Assembly (NCBI GenBank): GCA_964016885.1
Contig: OZ024743.1
Location: forward strand, 319,486,001 to 319,550,000
DNA length: 64,000 nt
Reading direction: 5' to 3'
From: Eledone cirrhosa
Taxonomy: Eukaryota
The position numbers were made by a program, and so were the translations under genes. Numbering within the stretch: position 1 is the first letter of the stretch; every line of letters starts with the position of its first letter. Of the stretch, positions 1-11,764 are shown one piece after another. Below the pieces are notes generated by a model. It was not told the DNA's origin and ran no database searches. It saw only the letters and a list, made by a program, of their open reading frames with translations.

Positions 1-191
1 CGTTTACACTTCTGCAAATTTGATTGTCGAATTCTACCGAGGTCAACTTTGCCTTTCATCTTTTCGGAGTTGATGCCAGTCCAGGTGTGATATCTATATA
101 TCTCTCTCTATATATACATACAGACGCACAGTCGCGCGCGCACACGCACATACATACATACATACATACATACACACACACACAGACACAG

Positions 192-272
<81 letters not shown>

Positions 273-280
273 CATAACAG

Positions 281-366
281 AAGTCCGATGAGCTTTTGAT
301 TCCAGAGTCGGGTCAGATCGATACATATCGAACCTTGAACTGATCAATAGCGAAATGCGCGTCACT
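281..366 (+). ncRNA. Minimal hammerhead ribozyme (PLE-type), one core substitution
   Basis: agt-CCGATGA-gcttttgat...atcaatagc-GAAA-tgcgc-GTC-act, lying between two (TA)n tracts. A related decayed copy is at 11555-11706 (-). Confidence 0.65.
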
Positions 367-417
367 ATTCACTAAACGTAATGAAGACCTAACAAATCAT
401 TCTTTTTATTATTATTA

Positions 418-470
<53 letters not shown>

Positions 471-849
471 TGGGGGCATAGAAATAGTCGGGCTGGACAC
501 CAGATCGAGCGGTTAAACCACTGGGAGTAAAGGACCCCTAGCCCTCTTTAGAAGGCAACTCAGGAAACTGGGATAACTCCGACATAAAACCTGCGGCTCA
601 GTAGTTACCGAGGATGTTGATCTTTTCTTCTTTTCGGGTTATATAGCTACTGTTGCTCAGAGAGTGGGATTGGCTCAGTGCACAGTCTTTCCTCACTTTC
701 AAAAAAATGTTCACGCACAGGCATTGCACGATAGAATTAATTAATAATTATTAATAATGGTATATCGTGAAATGGCCGTACTCGATAACGAGGGGGCAGC
801 CATCATATATATATATACACACACAAATCAATTAGTCTCTGAAGTGGCA

Positions 850-1420
850 AATCTCATGTAGATTTTGTCTCATGCCCCCAGCGGAAAAAGTTCAAAAGCA
901 TTACCCCGGAAAATAAATAGGGAGATGAGCTGAAAGAGCCAATCCAACTCGATGGATTCAATTTGCAGATGTCCATCTCCGATCCGATTGCAATAAATCA
1001 ATAAATATGGAGGTGTTTCGGGGCCCCAGGGCCACCAGATGTTCCACCACCATAAATTCAATAATAAATCTAATAAGAGAGCGGTCATGCATGATAGAAG
1101 GGGAATAACTCCTTTCTCATCAATTTAACACTTGACAAGTAGATGCAGAGATAAGATATATTTCTATATAGACATTGAACCAGAAGGAAATAAATGGAAG
1201 TTTATTTTTTACAACACAGAATAAGAAATATTGCCGATCTTAAGAAAATATACCCTACTCTCATGCATAATTAACAATCATAATTAAACATTCTTTTCAT
1301 TCATGCGTGGACCAGCCTTCAGGTTTGTGAGCAGCACAAATGCCACCTCGGATCTATAGTAGATACTTTCGGCCTTCATCTAGTGTAATGCCCCCTCAGT
1401 GCCAGTTGCCCCCATAGGTT
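850..1420. mobile_element. CRE-like non-LTR retrotransposon remnants
   Basis: Plus 1317-1418 reads LQVCEQHKCHLGSIVDTFGLHLV*CPLSA (decayed zinc knuckle). Minus about 1060-880 reads FMVVEHLVALGP...WLFQLISLFIFRGNA, the RLE C-terminal QR.S..I.RGNA motif. Confidence 0.65.
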
Positions 1421-2519
1421 GAACGCTGCTGCTGCCTTCCCATCACGATTCAAACCGGTGTTCTTGAACTGAGATGCTAAAAGGCATCATAATCTTCATG
1501 TGTTCTGCTGTAGTATGCCCCTAATAGGTGTATCTTTGAACCTATAGCAGAGGAGAGCTCTAGCGTTCTGAGTCGCCTAACCACTTCCCTACTTGCAGCT
1601 ATCGTGACGGAATTGGCTACCTCTGAGGAGTGGAGTTCGCGACTTGGAATATCTCTCTCGTTATTTCCGAAATTACGCCTGTGCTTCTATTCGTTGGAGT
1701 GGACAAACGGGGAAGACGTGAAATTGACTGGTCTTTGCTGTTACAATAAGCTACTAGGTACACGCGTAGTAGTATCATTTGTTTGTAAAAGAAGGTCAAT
1801 ACTTGATATGATTAGTTTCAAGTTATGACAAATATTCTTTAAATGGGGCATAACTCTAATTAGAAATATTGATTAGTTATTTCCCTTTATAAACTAGACG
1901 TGACAACACTAAAGATAGATTAGAAACTGTGCAACGTTAATAACAACAATAAAAAAAAAAAAGACTATGCGGGCTTCGAAATAGACATATACCATTGAAT
2001 TGCATTTTGTCATGAACTGGTCGTAGAGAATCACTTCTATATTCTTGCTGTGACTTCCCAGAAATTCTTTGGCACTATTTGTTACAATGTAGAGACTATA
2101 AGTCTGAGAGAGAGAGAGGACACCTTGAATTCGATCTATCAAGATTGTACCAAATATAAATAAAATCTTTGAGAACATGGAGGTTACGAAAGGATTCAAC
2201 AACAGAACCTCCTTTACAGCTTCCCTTGCTTCTCATTTTTCCCTATCTTATTTTTCATGCTTATTTTGCATCCAGTTGTCCTTCCCTGTTTGAATTTATT
2301 AATTTTTTCAAATTCAATTTTTATTTTTATGTTCACTTATTTTTGTATATCTTGTTTGTTTTTGTTTCTCAATTGCAAGAGCTACTTACTAGCTCTTCAT
2401 AGACGTTTAAATTGATTAAATAAATAAATAAATTCTAAAGATATTTTTTAAACAAATTGCCTATCAAATTTATTTAATTTCATAATGCACACACACATGC
2501 ACGTAAATATATATAAAAA

Positions 2520-2578
<59 letters not shown>

Positions 2579-4239
2579 TTTGTGTGCGTACGCGCGTGCG
2601 TGTGTGTGCATTTATATATATATATATGCACACACACACACACATACACATATATATATCATATATATGATGTCATCAGACGGTGTTCAAACATACGATG
2701 TACACTCATGTAGTTTTGAGACTTTTTTTTTCAGTTATTTTTAATTGACTTACGTAACTGTCACGCCAATACATCCTTGATATGGTTATAATAAGCCATT
2801 CCTAACATGCCAATGCCTTTTTTCCAAGTTGCAAGTTCGGGCCGCTATACTACCCGCCATATACGTCTTGTCGCAGCTGACTGGTTCCACAATGCAGTCG
2901 GGACTCGATATGCAATAAAGGTTTTGCGTTAAGTTGAGAGTACCTCGTATTAATATTTGTTATTTCTCTAGATAGGTTCCTGAAAATACACCTCCAAAAG
3001 AAATAGTGTTATGAATAAACACAGACATATAAAAAAATATAGGCTATGCTATTAATGACAATGATACGGACAAAAATGAAGATGATAGATATTACCAAAA
3101 CATTGGAAAGTTTATTTTCGTTGTTGCAGCATTAACGATCTTACTGTAGATACCACCCTACGTGATATCACCCACTCGTATCTAGAATTATGATTTTTTC
3201 TTTAAAAACAATATAAATAATTTGGTTGAGAAGTTTGTTTTGCAGACACTGAGATCCGGATTTAACCGTGTGGACCGTCATATATAATGCGTGTGCGTGT
3301 GCGTGTGCGTGTGCGTGTGTGAATGTGTGTGTGTGTGTGTGTGTTTTTGCTTTCATGTCCCATTATTTAGCGTTTTTACAAGAAGAAATCAATAACAAGA
3401 GTTGTAGACTTGAAAAAAGGAGTTTGGGGAGTCTAAATCTATTTAAGGTGACGCTCCAGCATGGCCGTAATCTAATGAATGAAACCAGTAAAAGAATCTA
3501 ATGTTATAATGGTTTCTAATCTCGTCAGAAGGCTAGTGATTTTGGACGGAGAGAAAGGTTGATAAAATCGACCCCCAGTGCATTAATGGTACTTCATTGT
3601 ATAATTCCCGGAAGTATGAAAGGAAAAGCTAACCTCAGCGGGATTTGAACTTAGAATGTAATAAAAAACAAACAGAATAAATGCTGTTACGAATTTGTTC
3701 GACGCTCTATCGACTCTGCTAATTCACCAAGAAAGTAAATGTACACAAGGGGAAGAACTTTGAAAAGTAACCTCCCTTGAACTTACAATGTCGTTATCTC
3801 TTTTAATATCAATATAATAAGAATCTATATATTTAATGCATATTTATTAATTAGTAAAACACAAGTCAAGTTTCACTTACAATTATTCGATGTAGATAAA
3901 TAAAGTACCAGACTAGTACTGGGAGTCAATTCTTCTTCTATATCTCTTTCTCACCCTCTTTATCATTCTCTGGAAACAATCTGCTGTACGCGGAGCTGGA
4001 GGGTTAAAATGGTAACCAAGAAACGCTGTATGTTACTATGATGCCTCCACGACTCCATCAGAAGTTACGGAATAAAGACAAAAAAAAAAACAGTATTCGA
4101 CAATCGCTAATACAATTTTATTTATATAGGCTTCCAACATAGTCACCCTCATCCAGATGACCCAATCTAGGTTGTTCAAGCAACTGCTTGTGTCCAAGTG
4201 GCCTGCTAGTCATTTCACTTCAGCCAGATTCCTCTAGAC

Positions 4240-6450
4240 CAGGGGGTCACCAAACTACGGCTCGCGGACCGGATCAGGCCCGCGACGTCAGTTCATCAGG
4301 CCCACCGACGGTACTTGCATTTGCGTGATAAAACGGATGGAACACGAGATGTTTCTAATTCAATGTCTTTTTCATTTTCAGATCCCGTTTTCTTCACCCT
4401 TTATTATGGCTACTAAGAAAAGAAAAATGGACGCCGAGTGTCGCGTTTTCAATGAAGAATGGGGAGTAAAGTACTCTTTGTGGAAACAAGGACCAGAAAC
4501 CTAGTTGCCGTTTTGAAAGAGTACAATCTTCGGCGTCACTATGAGACAAAACATCTATCAACATATTCAAAGTTTTCTGGAAAGTTACGCTCTGAGAAAT
4601 ACGAGTCCATGAAACGTGGTTTAGAAACTCAAAGAAATCTCTTCGCGAGAAAGTTTGTTGAAAATGAATCTGTCACTCGTACAAGTTACAAAATAGTGCA
4701 TAAGTTGGCAGAGCGAGGAAAACCGTTTACTGATGGCAACTTCACCAAAGAGTGTATGATGGAAGCAGCAAATGACTTGTGTCCTGAGAAAGCCGATTTG
4801 TTTGGAAGTATCAGCCTTTCGGCGAGTTCATTTGTGCGGAGAACAGAAGAACTTGGAGAGAACATAGTGCTACAGATACGCGAGAAAGCTAGGAACTTGT
4901 GGTATTCTCTGGCGCTGGATGAGTCTACTGATCTCTCGAGTACGTCACAACTTCTTGTGTTCATTCGTGGTGTAAATTTGGACTTTCAGATAACGGAAGA
5001 GTTGGCATCCGTTTGCTGCATGCATGGAACAGCAACTGGAAAAGACATTTTCATGGAAGTGCAGAAAACGTTCCACCTTCAGTGGAATCAGCTTCGAGGT
5101 GTTACAGTTGATGGAGGAAAAAACATGGCTGGAGTGAGGAAGGGTCTGGTCGGGCAAATCAGGACTCAGTTGGAAGATTTGCAAATTCCGGGCGCTCTGT
5201 TCATACACTGCATCATACATCAGCAAGCACTCTGTGGGAAAGACTTGGATATTTCTTGTGTACTGAAACCAGTCGTTTCTGCTGTGAACTTCATTCGGGA
5301 ACATGCACTCAATCACCGTCAGTTCCAGGCTTTTCTTGAAGAAATTGATTCTGATTTCTGTGATTTTCCTTATCACACAGCAGTGAGGTGGCTCAGCTGC
5401 GGTAAAGTCCTGTTTAGTTTTTACAAGCTCCGAAACGAAATAGATGTTTTTTCTCAGCTGTCAGATCCTACCTGGCTGTCAAAGTTGTCATTTTTGGTCG
5501 ACATCACATCCCACATGAATGAACTGAACTTGAAACTTCAGGGAAAGGATAACCTCGTCTGTAATCTCTACAGAATCATCAAAGGATTTCGGAGAAAGCT
5601 GTCATTGTTTGAAGTACAACTGGAAGGAGAAAACTTCGCTCATTTTCACTGTTTCAAAGAGTTTTGCGCTACAATTGCTGAAGATGTCAACCTCGATTTT
5701 CCTAAAAAGATTATTCGCGACTTGCATTTTTTGGAGAGATTTTCAGATCTCGACAGAATTGAGAGTGACATTCTTCTGTTCCAGAATCCGTTTGATTGTA
5801 ACCTTGATGATGTGCCAGTAAAACTACAGTTGGAGTTCATTGATTTGCAAGCAAATGACTTGTTGAAAGAGAAGCACAGAGAAGGAAAACTTGTTGAATT
5901 TTACCGCTTCTTACCTGATGTTGAGTTTCCGAAATTGAAGTAATTTGCCGCTGGTATGGCATCATTGTTAGGAACAACTTATGTCTGTGAGCAAACATTT
6001 TAAAAAATGAAGTATGTGAAGTCATCACATCGAACGAGATTGACTGATGAACATTTGAAAGCAATTCTCTTGATTGGGTGCAGCAATTCCAAAGCAAACA
6101 TTGATGATATCTTGAAAGCCAAGCGTCAGTTTCACAAATCTCACAAACGTTTTTTGCTGCTTAGTTTGTAAGATTCGGATATGTGCACACTAGGTCTGAT
6201 GTAACTATATTTTTGCTAACGTCGCCTTATTTGATAACTTTTTAGTAAATAAATATGTTGGCTGTCTTCGTTTTTTGTGCATTGCACGCCACTCACCCAT
6301 GATTAACATGGAATGCTAAACGCAGTGTTTCGTCTTTTTTCCCAGAGCTTTCGTTCTGGCTTGCAAGTATTGAACAGAATGATTATGCGGCCCGCGCTTG
6401 TCATTCTTTCAGCTATTCGGCCCACTATGAAAAAAGTTTGGTGACCCCTG
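4240..6450 (+). mobile_element. hAT DNA transposon (Buster/Charlie/SPIN type), full length, decayed
   Basis: TIRs cagggggtcaccaaact (4240) and agtttggtgacccctg (ends 6450). Perfect 8-bp TSD ctctagac at 4232-4239 and 6451-6458 with the central TA typical of Buster-group hATs. Internal transposase. Confidence 0.95.
4406..6150 (+). pseudogene. hAT transposase pseudogene (GTF2IRD2/SPIN-like)
   Basis: ATG 4406 gives MATKKRKMDAECRVFNEEW, then a frameshift/deletion through the zinc-finger region into ORF 4459-5943 (YNLRRHYETKH, LALDESTD, VTVDGGKNM, HCIIHQQAL, VRWLS). Stops at 5941 and about 6001 interrupt the dimerisation motif GTTYVCEQTF..MKYVKSSHRTRLTDEHL. Confidence 0.92.
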
Positions 6451-6458
6451 CTCTAGAC

Positions 6459-6938
6459 CATTGTTTCCCAAGTGCTTTGATATGGGGGGGGGGAATGGGG
6501 GCGACAGTGTAATATTATAAAAAGAAAAAAACAAGCTATTTATTGTTTAAATTTTAAACAATAAATAGCTTGTATTTTTCCTTTTTTTACAAAAATCTGA
6601 ATGACAAAATATGTCATAGACTCAGCCACTAAGGTAGAAGAACGCATATGCACACACAGACAGACACACACCCACAAACATATTTTGTGTTTAATATTGT
6701 TGTTTTCAATTTGAAACAAAAAAAAATTCTTGCATGTGTGTATTGGCGGTAATTGTGAAGTCCAAATAAAATGGTTTATTGAATTAATTATTATTTTTGA
6801 AATACATATTTTGTGTTTAATATTGTTGTTTTTACTTTGAAAAAAAAAAAGCTCGCATGTGTATATTGGGAGAGGGGGCGCTAGGAATCTATCTGGAAGC
6901 CAAGGGGGCACCAGCCTGAAAAAGTTTGGGAAACTCTG
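6459..6938. mobile_element. hAT MITE abutting the autonomous-type element
   Basis: Imperfect TIRs cattgtttcccaa / ttgggaaactctg, flanked by ctctagac (6451-6458) and ctctagat (6939-6946). Contains an internal ~70-bp direct duplication (6678 and 6805). Confidence 0.85.
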
Positions 6939-7548
6939 CTCTAGATACCCTCACCACCACCTCCACAATGTTCCTGGTGGTCTTCTCCTGCTCAGTACAA
7001 TACCCTCAATAATTCAACCTATTTTTATATACTTCTAGATATTCCTTTTAATCTCCTTTGGTGTAATAGTTAGATAGAATCGTGTTTAGATTCCTCGCAG
7101 GCGTCTCTATCTACATTTCTCCGTCTCCAGGGCAGGTCTCCCGATTCATCAAATATTATTATAGTTACCTGCATTGTGGTGTGCTTTAAATGATTTATCA
7201 ATTATTATTATAGCGGGATTTGCAGTCTGGGTTCAAATCCCACCGAGGTTAACTTTGCCTTTCATCCTTACGGGGTCGATAAAATAAAGTACCAGTAATT
7301 CACTGGAATAATTGCTGGCCTTGTGCCAAAAGTAGAAACAATTATTATAGTTATCTGTAAGGTGCCGATTCTTCCTCTTTTTCTTCTCTATCTTTCTATT
7401 TTTGCTTTTATTTCTAACTTAATCTTCTGATGAAGTTACTCGCGTGCAAAACGTGCAAAACCTCTATTTCAGAATAATACTAAGAGTGAATGGATATATT
7501 TACCCAACAAATATATGCTTCCTTGTGGTTGATTTGATGATATACAAG

Positions 7549-7591
7549 TCTTCTGGTGAGGGTCCAATTAGATCCCAAAATCGGTTAAAGA
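7549..7591 (+). ncRNA. Decayed hammerhead in a PLE-end remnant (about 7360-7680)
   Basis: tctt-CTGGTGA-gggtc(caatta)gatccc-AAAA-tcgg-TTA-aaga, with two core substitutions. A second ctgatga occurs at 7427. Confidence 0.5.
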
Positions 7592-7799
7592 TGTTTATCA
7601 TGCGTATTGTGATTTTGCAACATTAAAAGTATATTTGGAATCCGGCCTTTTGTTGTCTTTTAAAGATTTAAGTCCGTTCCTGCACCAACCACGAATTGCC
7701 ACACATAGATAGATGATTTGCATAATGTCGACTGCTTTAAATTATTACCAGATCTACCCATTAGTTAAGCCATTCAACATAAACAGTATGCACACACGC

Positions 7800-7836
<37 letters not shown>

Positions 7837-7851
7837 TACACACATACACAC

Positions 7852-7913
<62 letters not shown>

Positions 7914-8304
7914 TATATATGTAGTAGGCTAAATGAACACGAATGTACTATTGATAATAGTTGTCTTTACAGTGGAAAGGGGCCACCAATTTACAAAATG
8001 AAACTATATACGATTGAATCTAGTCATTGACACCTTTTATTTTTGTTTAACCCTAGGATAGCTAGCAGATCTGTTATCAAAGGCCCTCTATCGCCATCTG
8101 ATTTAGTATTACAATATCTTATATAGTCTTCGCTTCTTTTTTGACAATAAGGTATGTTTGATGAGAATTTAGCTGCTCTTTCTAGCACAGGTTACATCTG
8201 ACTTATCAGAACTGTGGTCAAAAGCATTTAAGCACTTACCATCCGATCTAAGTTTATATCAACTAATATGCCTTATACCAACTAATATGTCATATACCAT
8301 ATGA

Positions 8305-8519
8305 CAGGGATCTCAAACTCATGGACTCAAATTAGTAAATTTTTTTGCTTTTCATTTTCATTTTTGATAAATTCCGTTTTATTTTATTTTTCAATTTATT
8401 ATATTTCATAGATAAATTGCAATAAATTTTACTATTAAAACAAATTGGTCTTTCGCGAGCCATCGAAAAGTAGTTCGCGGCCAACATGCGACTTGTGGGC
8501 TGGTTGTTTGAGACCCCTG
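8305..8519. mobile_element. Old hAT MITE
   Basis: TIRs cagggatctcaaac / gtttgagacccctg with subterminal cgcggcc-like motifs. TSD is degraded (ccatatga / ctacacgg). Confidence 0.7.
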
Positions 8520-11327
8520 CTACACGGGATAGGTTGAGGGACTTCGGTTGCTATTTCTAGCATATCTAGTCACTATGTAAAGGCTCTCAAATTAGGTCAT
8601 CTGGTATCTGTTCCCGATCTAGTAAAACAACTGATACTTATTTTATCGACCCCAAATGAAAGCAACGCGGGGTTGTAACTCAGAATGTGGAAGGGCTTTA
8701 CATATTTATAAAAATAATCAATAGATATTACATCAAAACATCAAGTCACTGATTTTTAATGCATAACATGAAATGGTGCTTCGTTGGTTTCGAAGATGAG
8801 TGTTCCAGTTGTTCGATGAATGGAACAGCCTGATCCTGAATTATCGCGTAAGAAGCCTAGCATTCAATAGGCACGTGTAAATTCAGCATTACACAGTGTG
8901 TGACATGGTTGGCTTTTAGTTATAGGTACACTCCATCTTGTATTATAGTGTGGCTGAATATTCCATAGACATGTATATCCTTAACGTAATTCTCAAAGAG
9001 ATTCAACGTGGCGCTGTGTAAGACAAAACTGGCCTTTTGAATTATAGCTATAGTCTATCCGACTGAATTCTAAACAATTTTCATATACACATTTTTCTCC
9101 CAAGCCTTGACGTCGACCCGAAGCTATGGTAAATGGCAATTACCCATGATACCATGTAATGGCATTGACCTCGAGACCTAATGATTGCAAATCTAATTTG
9201 TTAACCATTCAGTTATGCTGCGTCCACGATACATAAAACAAATCAGTAATGCATTTTCATTGATTTTTTTTTTAATTTTGAAATCTTTCCGTCAGACGGC
9301 GTGAAATGACTCGTATGTTATTCAAAGTTGTCTCCTTTATAATATACCTATGTATTATTTGTTTTTACCCATTTTAAAATCTTTTATTTTTAATCTTCAA
9401 TCAATCGATCTGTAACGGATGATCTATCACTGAAAATGTATTCCGATAATTGCTCCACCATCAATATATTTCCGTTTCAGATTGACTTCTCTTGACCAGT
9501 AAATCCACGTAAAGAATCCTCTTTCTTTTGATCAGATATTCAGTTTAGTTTATCGTTGTCTATTCCTCTCAAAATTACAATTTCCATTTACTACCAAATA
9601 CTTTGATCACGATAAGGGTATTAAACAGATTAGACCAACAAATTTAGTTTGCTCATGCGTAACTGATCGTTTGATTAACTGATTCTTATTTCGTTCGGCA
9701 TAATTATGTGGGCTTTACTTTTCCAAATTTGGAACAGACACAAGCGAAGAAATATTTATATCGTATGAAGTTATATGTAGAGGATTCATTGATGCCATGT
9801 TGTCGACTTTTATAGGGCAAAGCTTATCACTCAATTGAACCTATCATAATATAATAATATTGATAATTTGGGTAATGTGAAAGACGATTAAATCGATTTA
9901 AGTGCTTGCTGGGTACTTTATTTTATAGATCCCCAAAAGGGCGAAAAGCAAAGTTGACATCGAAGAAATTTGAAACCAGTACCTATAAAGCCAAAACAAA
10001 TGACGCAAAGAATACTGGCCGTTACAAGTGAAGAATTATCGGGAGGAAGTATTATCATGTGGTGTGTGTCTGTCTGTCTGTCTGTCCTATACATACATTC
10101 ATGTATACATCACTATTTCAGAGCACCAATCCTAATACCTAATTTTTGCTGGACTGGCAATCGCTCTGTTTGATCAGCTCCTGATTATTACTGGGATTCT
10201 ATAAGAATCCACTTCTATAATTTTCGGCGAAGGCAGGGGAGTGTGTGGTTTTGATAAACGTCAACAAGCGAGAAACAAACTGTCATCACTCTCCCTTTGT
10301 TTTCGCCGAAAAAAGTAAGTGACATTGTCACTACTTTAAAACTCATAACGAATGGTCTTCTAAATGTTTTTAACTAAGCATACAGTATATTCCCAAATAT
10401 ACTATACATACATTCATGTATATATCACTATTTCACAGCACCAATACTAATACCATATATAAAATATTGGCTAATGAACGAAGCATCAACATCATCAGCT
10501 TGCGTCGGGAAACTCCGAATACCTAGGAAGATATACGCCAGTTTGGAATGTGTTTTATATAATATAGTAGCGGTTATTCACCTAGGCTGCGCAAAATCAT
10601 AAAGTTGGTTGGATAACATCCATGAGCTCGGCTGGTCTCGCTTGGAAGAAGAAGAAGAAGAAGAAGAAATATAGTGACCGTGTAGCTTTTGGTAATCTAT
10701 ATATATGATAAAGTTGATAACAAACCGTTAGATTATTATTTAATGAAGAATAAACATTGTCAGACATAAGAAAAAAACAATCTCCGGGGTGAAGGTTATA
10801 TTACACTGTATTCTTGGAATTTTTCTGCTGCATAGTTAAATATTAAGTTCGCAGTGAATGGACACAGTTAAGAGAATATCTCATCACAGTTAATTATTAA
10901 TTCCGCAGTAAATGTACACAGTTAAGAGAAGATCTAATAACAGATCGTCATTAATAAGCATATCTATATCCTTATAAAAAGGAAGTTTGTTTTTACGTTA
11001 ACCGCTAAAAACACTAAATAACATTGATAATAATTAGAGTTTTTCGTGTGTTTTAGATTAATCTGACCTCCAACGAACTCGCTGTCGACTTATTTTATGA
11101 AACTGAATGGGGGGTGGCTAGATTTGGAGGACAATTTACTGCTGTTTTTAGCACAGTGATACTGTCTGTTCGTCCGTCATGCTATCTATATAGAGAGAGG
11201 GAAATGCCACTCCACCTCTCACTCAATGCCCCTTTTATCTCTAACTGACTAAAACGTTTCCATGTTGTTCTTTTCGTTTGATGTTGGCCGGTCTGATATC
11301 TAAGACAGACAGAAAAAAAAAGAAGTA

Positions 11328-11393
<66 letters not shown>

Positions 11394-11703
11394 GGGAAGA
11401 TATGTCCCAATGTTAGTCAAAAGGTTTTATTAAGTTTTAGATGGGGATACCTTTCATCAAGCAGGTAGACACAATGTCCACAATTGATAATATAGGACGG
11501 TCTTTTTCCTTCACCCTTTCTACCCGAAACCTCGATACTATATATATATATATCGTATTAGTATAAAGGAACAAAGAATCAGTGTTACATCATAACATAT
11601 TTAATAACATATTACATATGATTTAATGTCGATCAGTTCGAGGAACGATCTATTATTGATCGAACCTGACTCTTGATCCTCAGATATGCTTCAAAGACGA
11701 GCT

Positions 11704-11764
<61 letters not shown>

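Larger units (their letters stand above)
4031..7169 (-). mobile_element. Probable solo LTR (~430 bp net) interrupted by the two hAT elements
   Basis: Ends tgttactat...atagttac, flanked by ctgta / ctgca. Minus-strand TATA-like (about 7022-7030) and AATAAA (about 4117-4122) signals are in LTR order. Confidence 0.45.

Noticed and set aside
4459-5943. Domesticated GTF2IRD2/ZBED-like host gene
   Set aside because: TIRs and TSD are intact while the frame has a frameshift, deletions and two stops, so it is a dead transposon.
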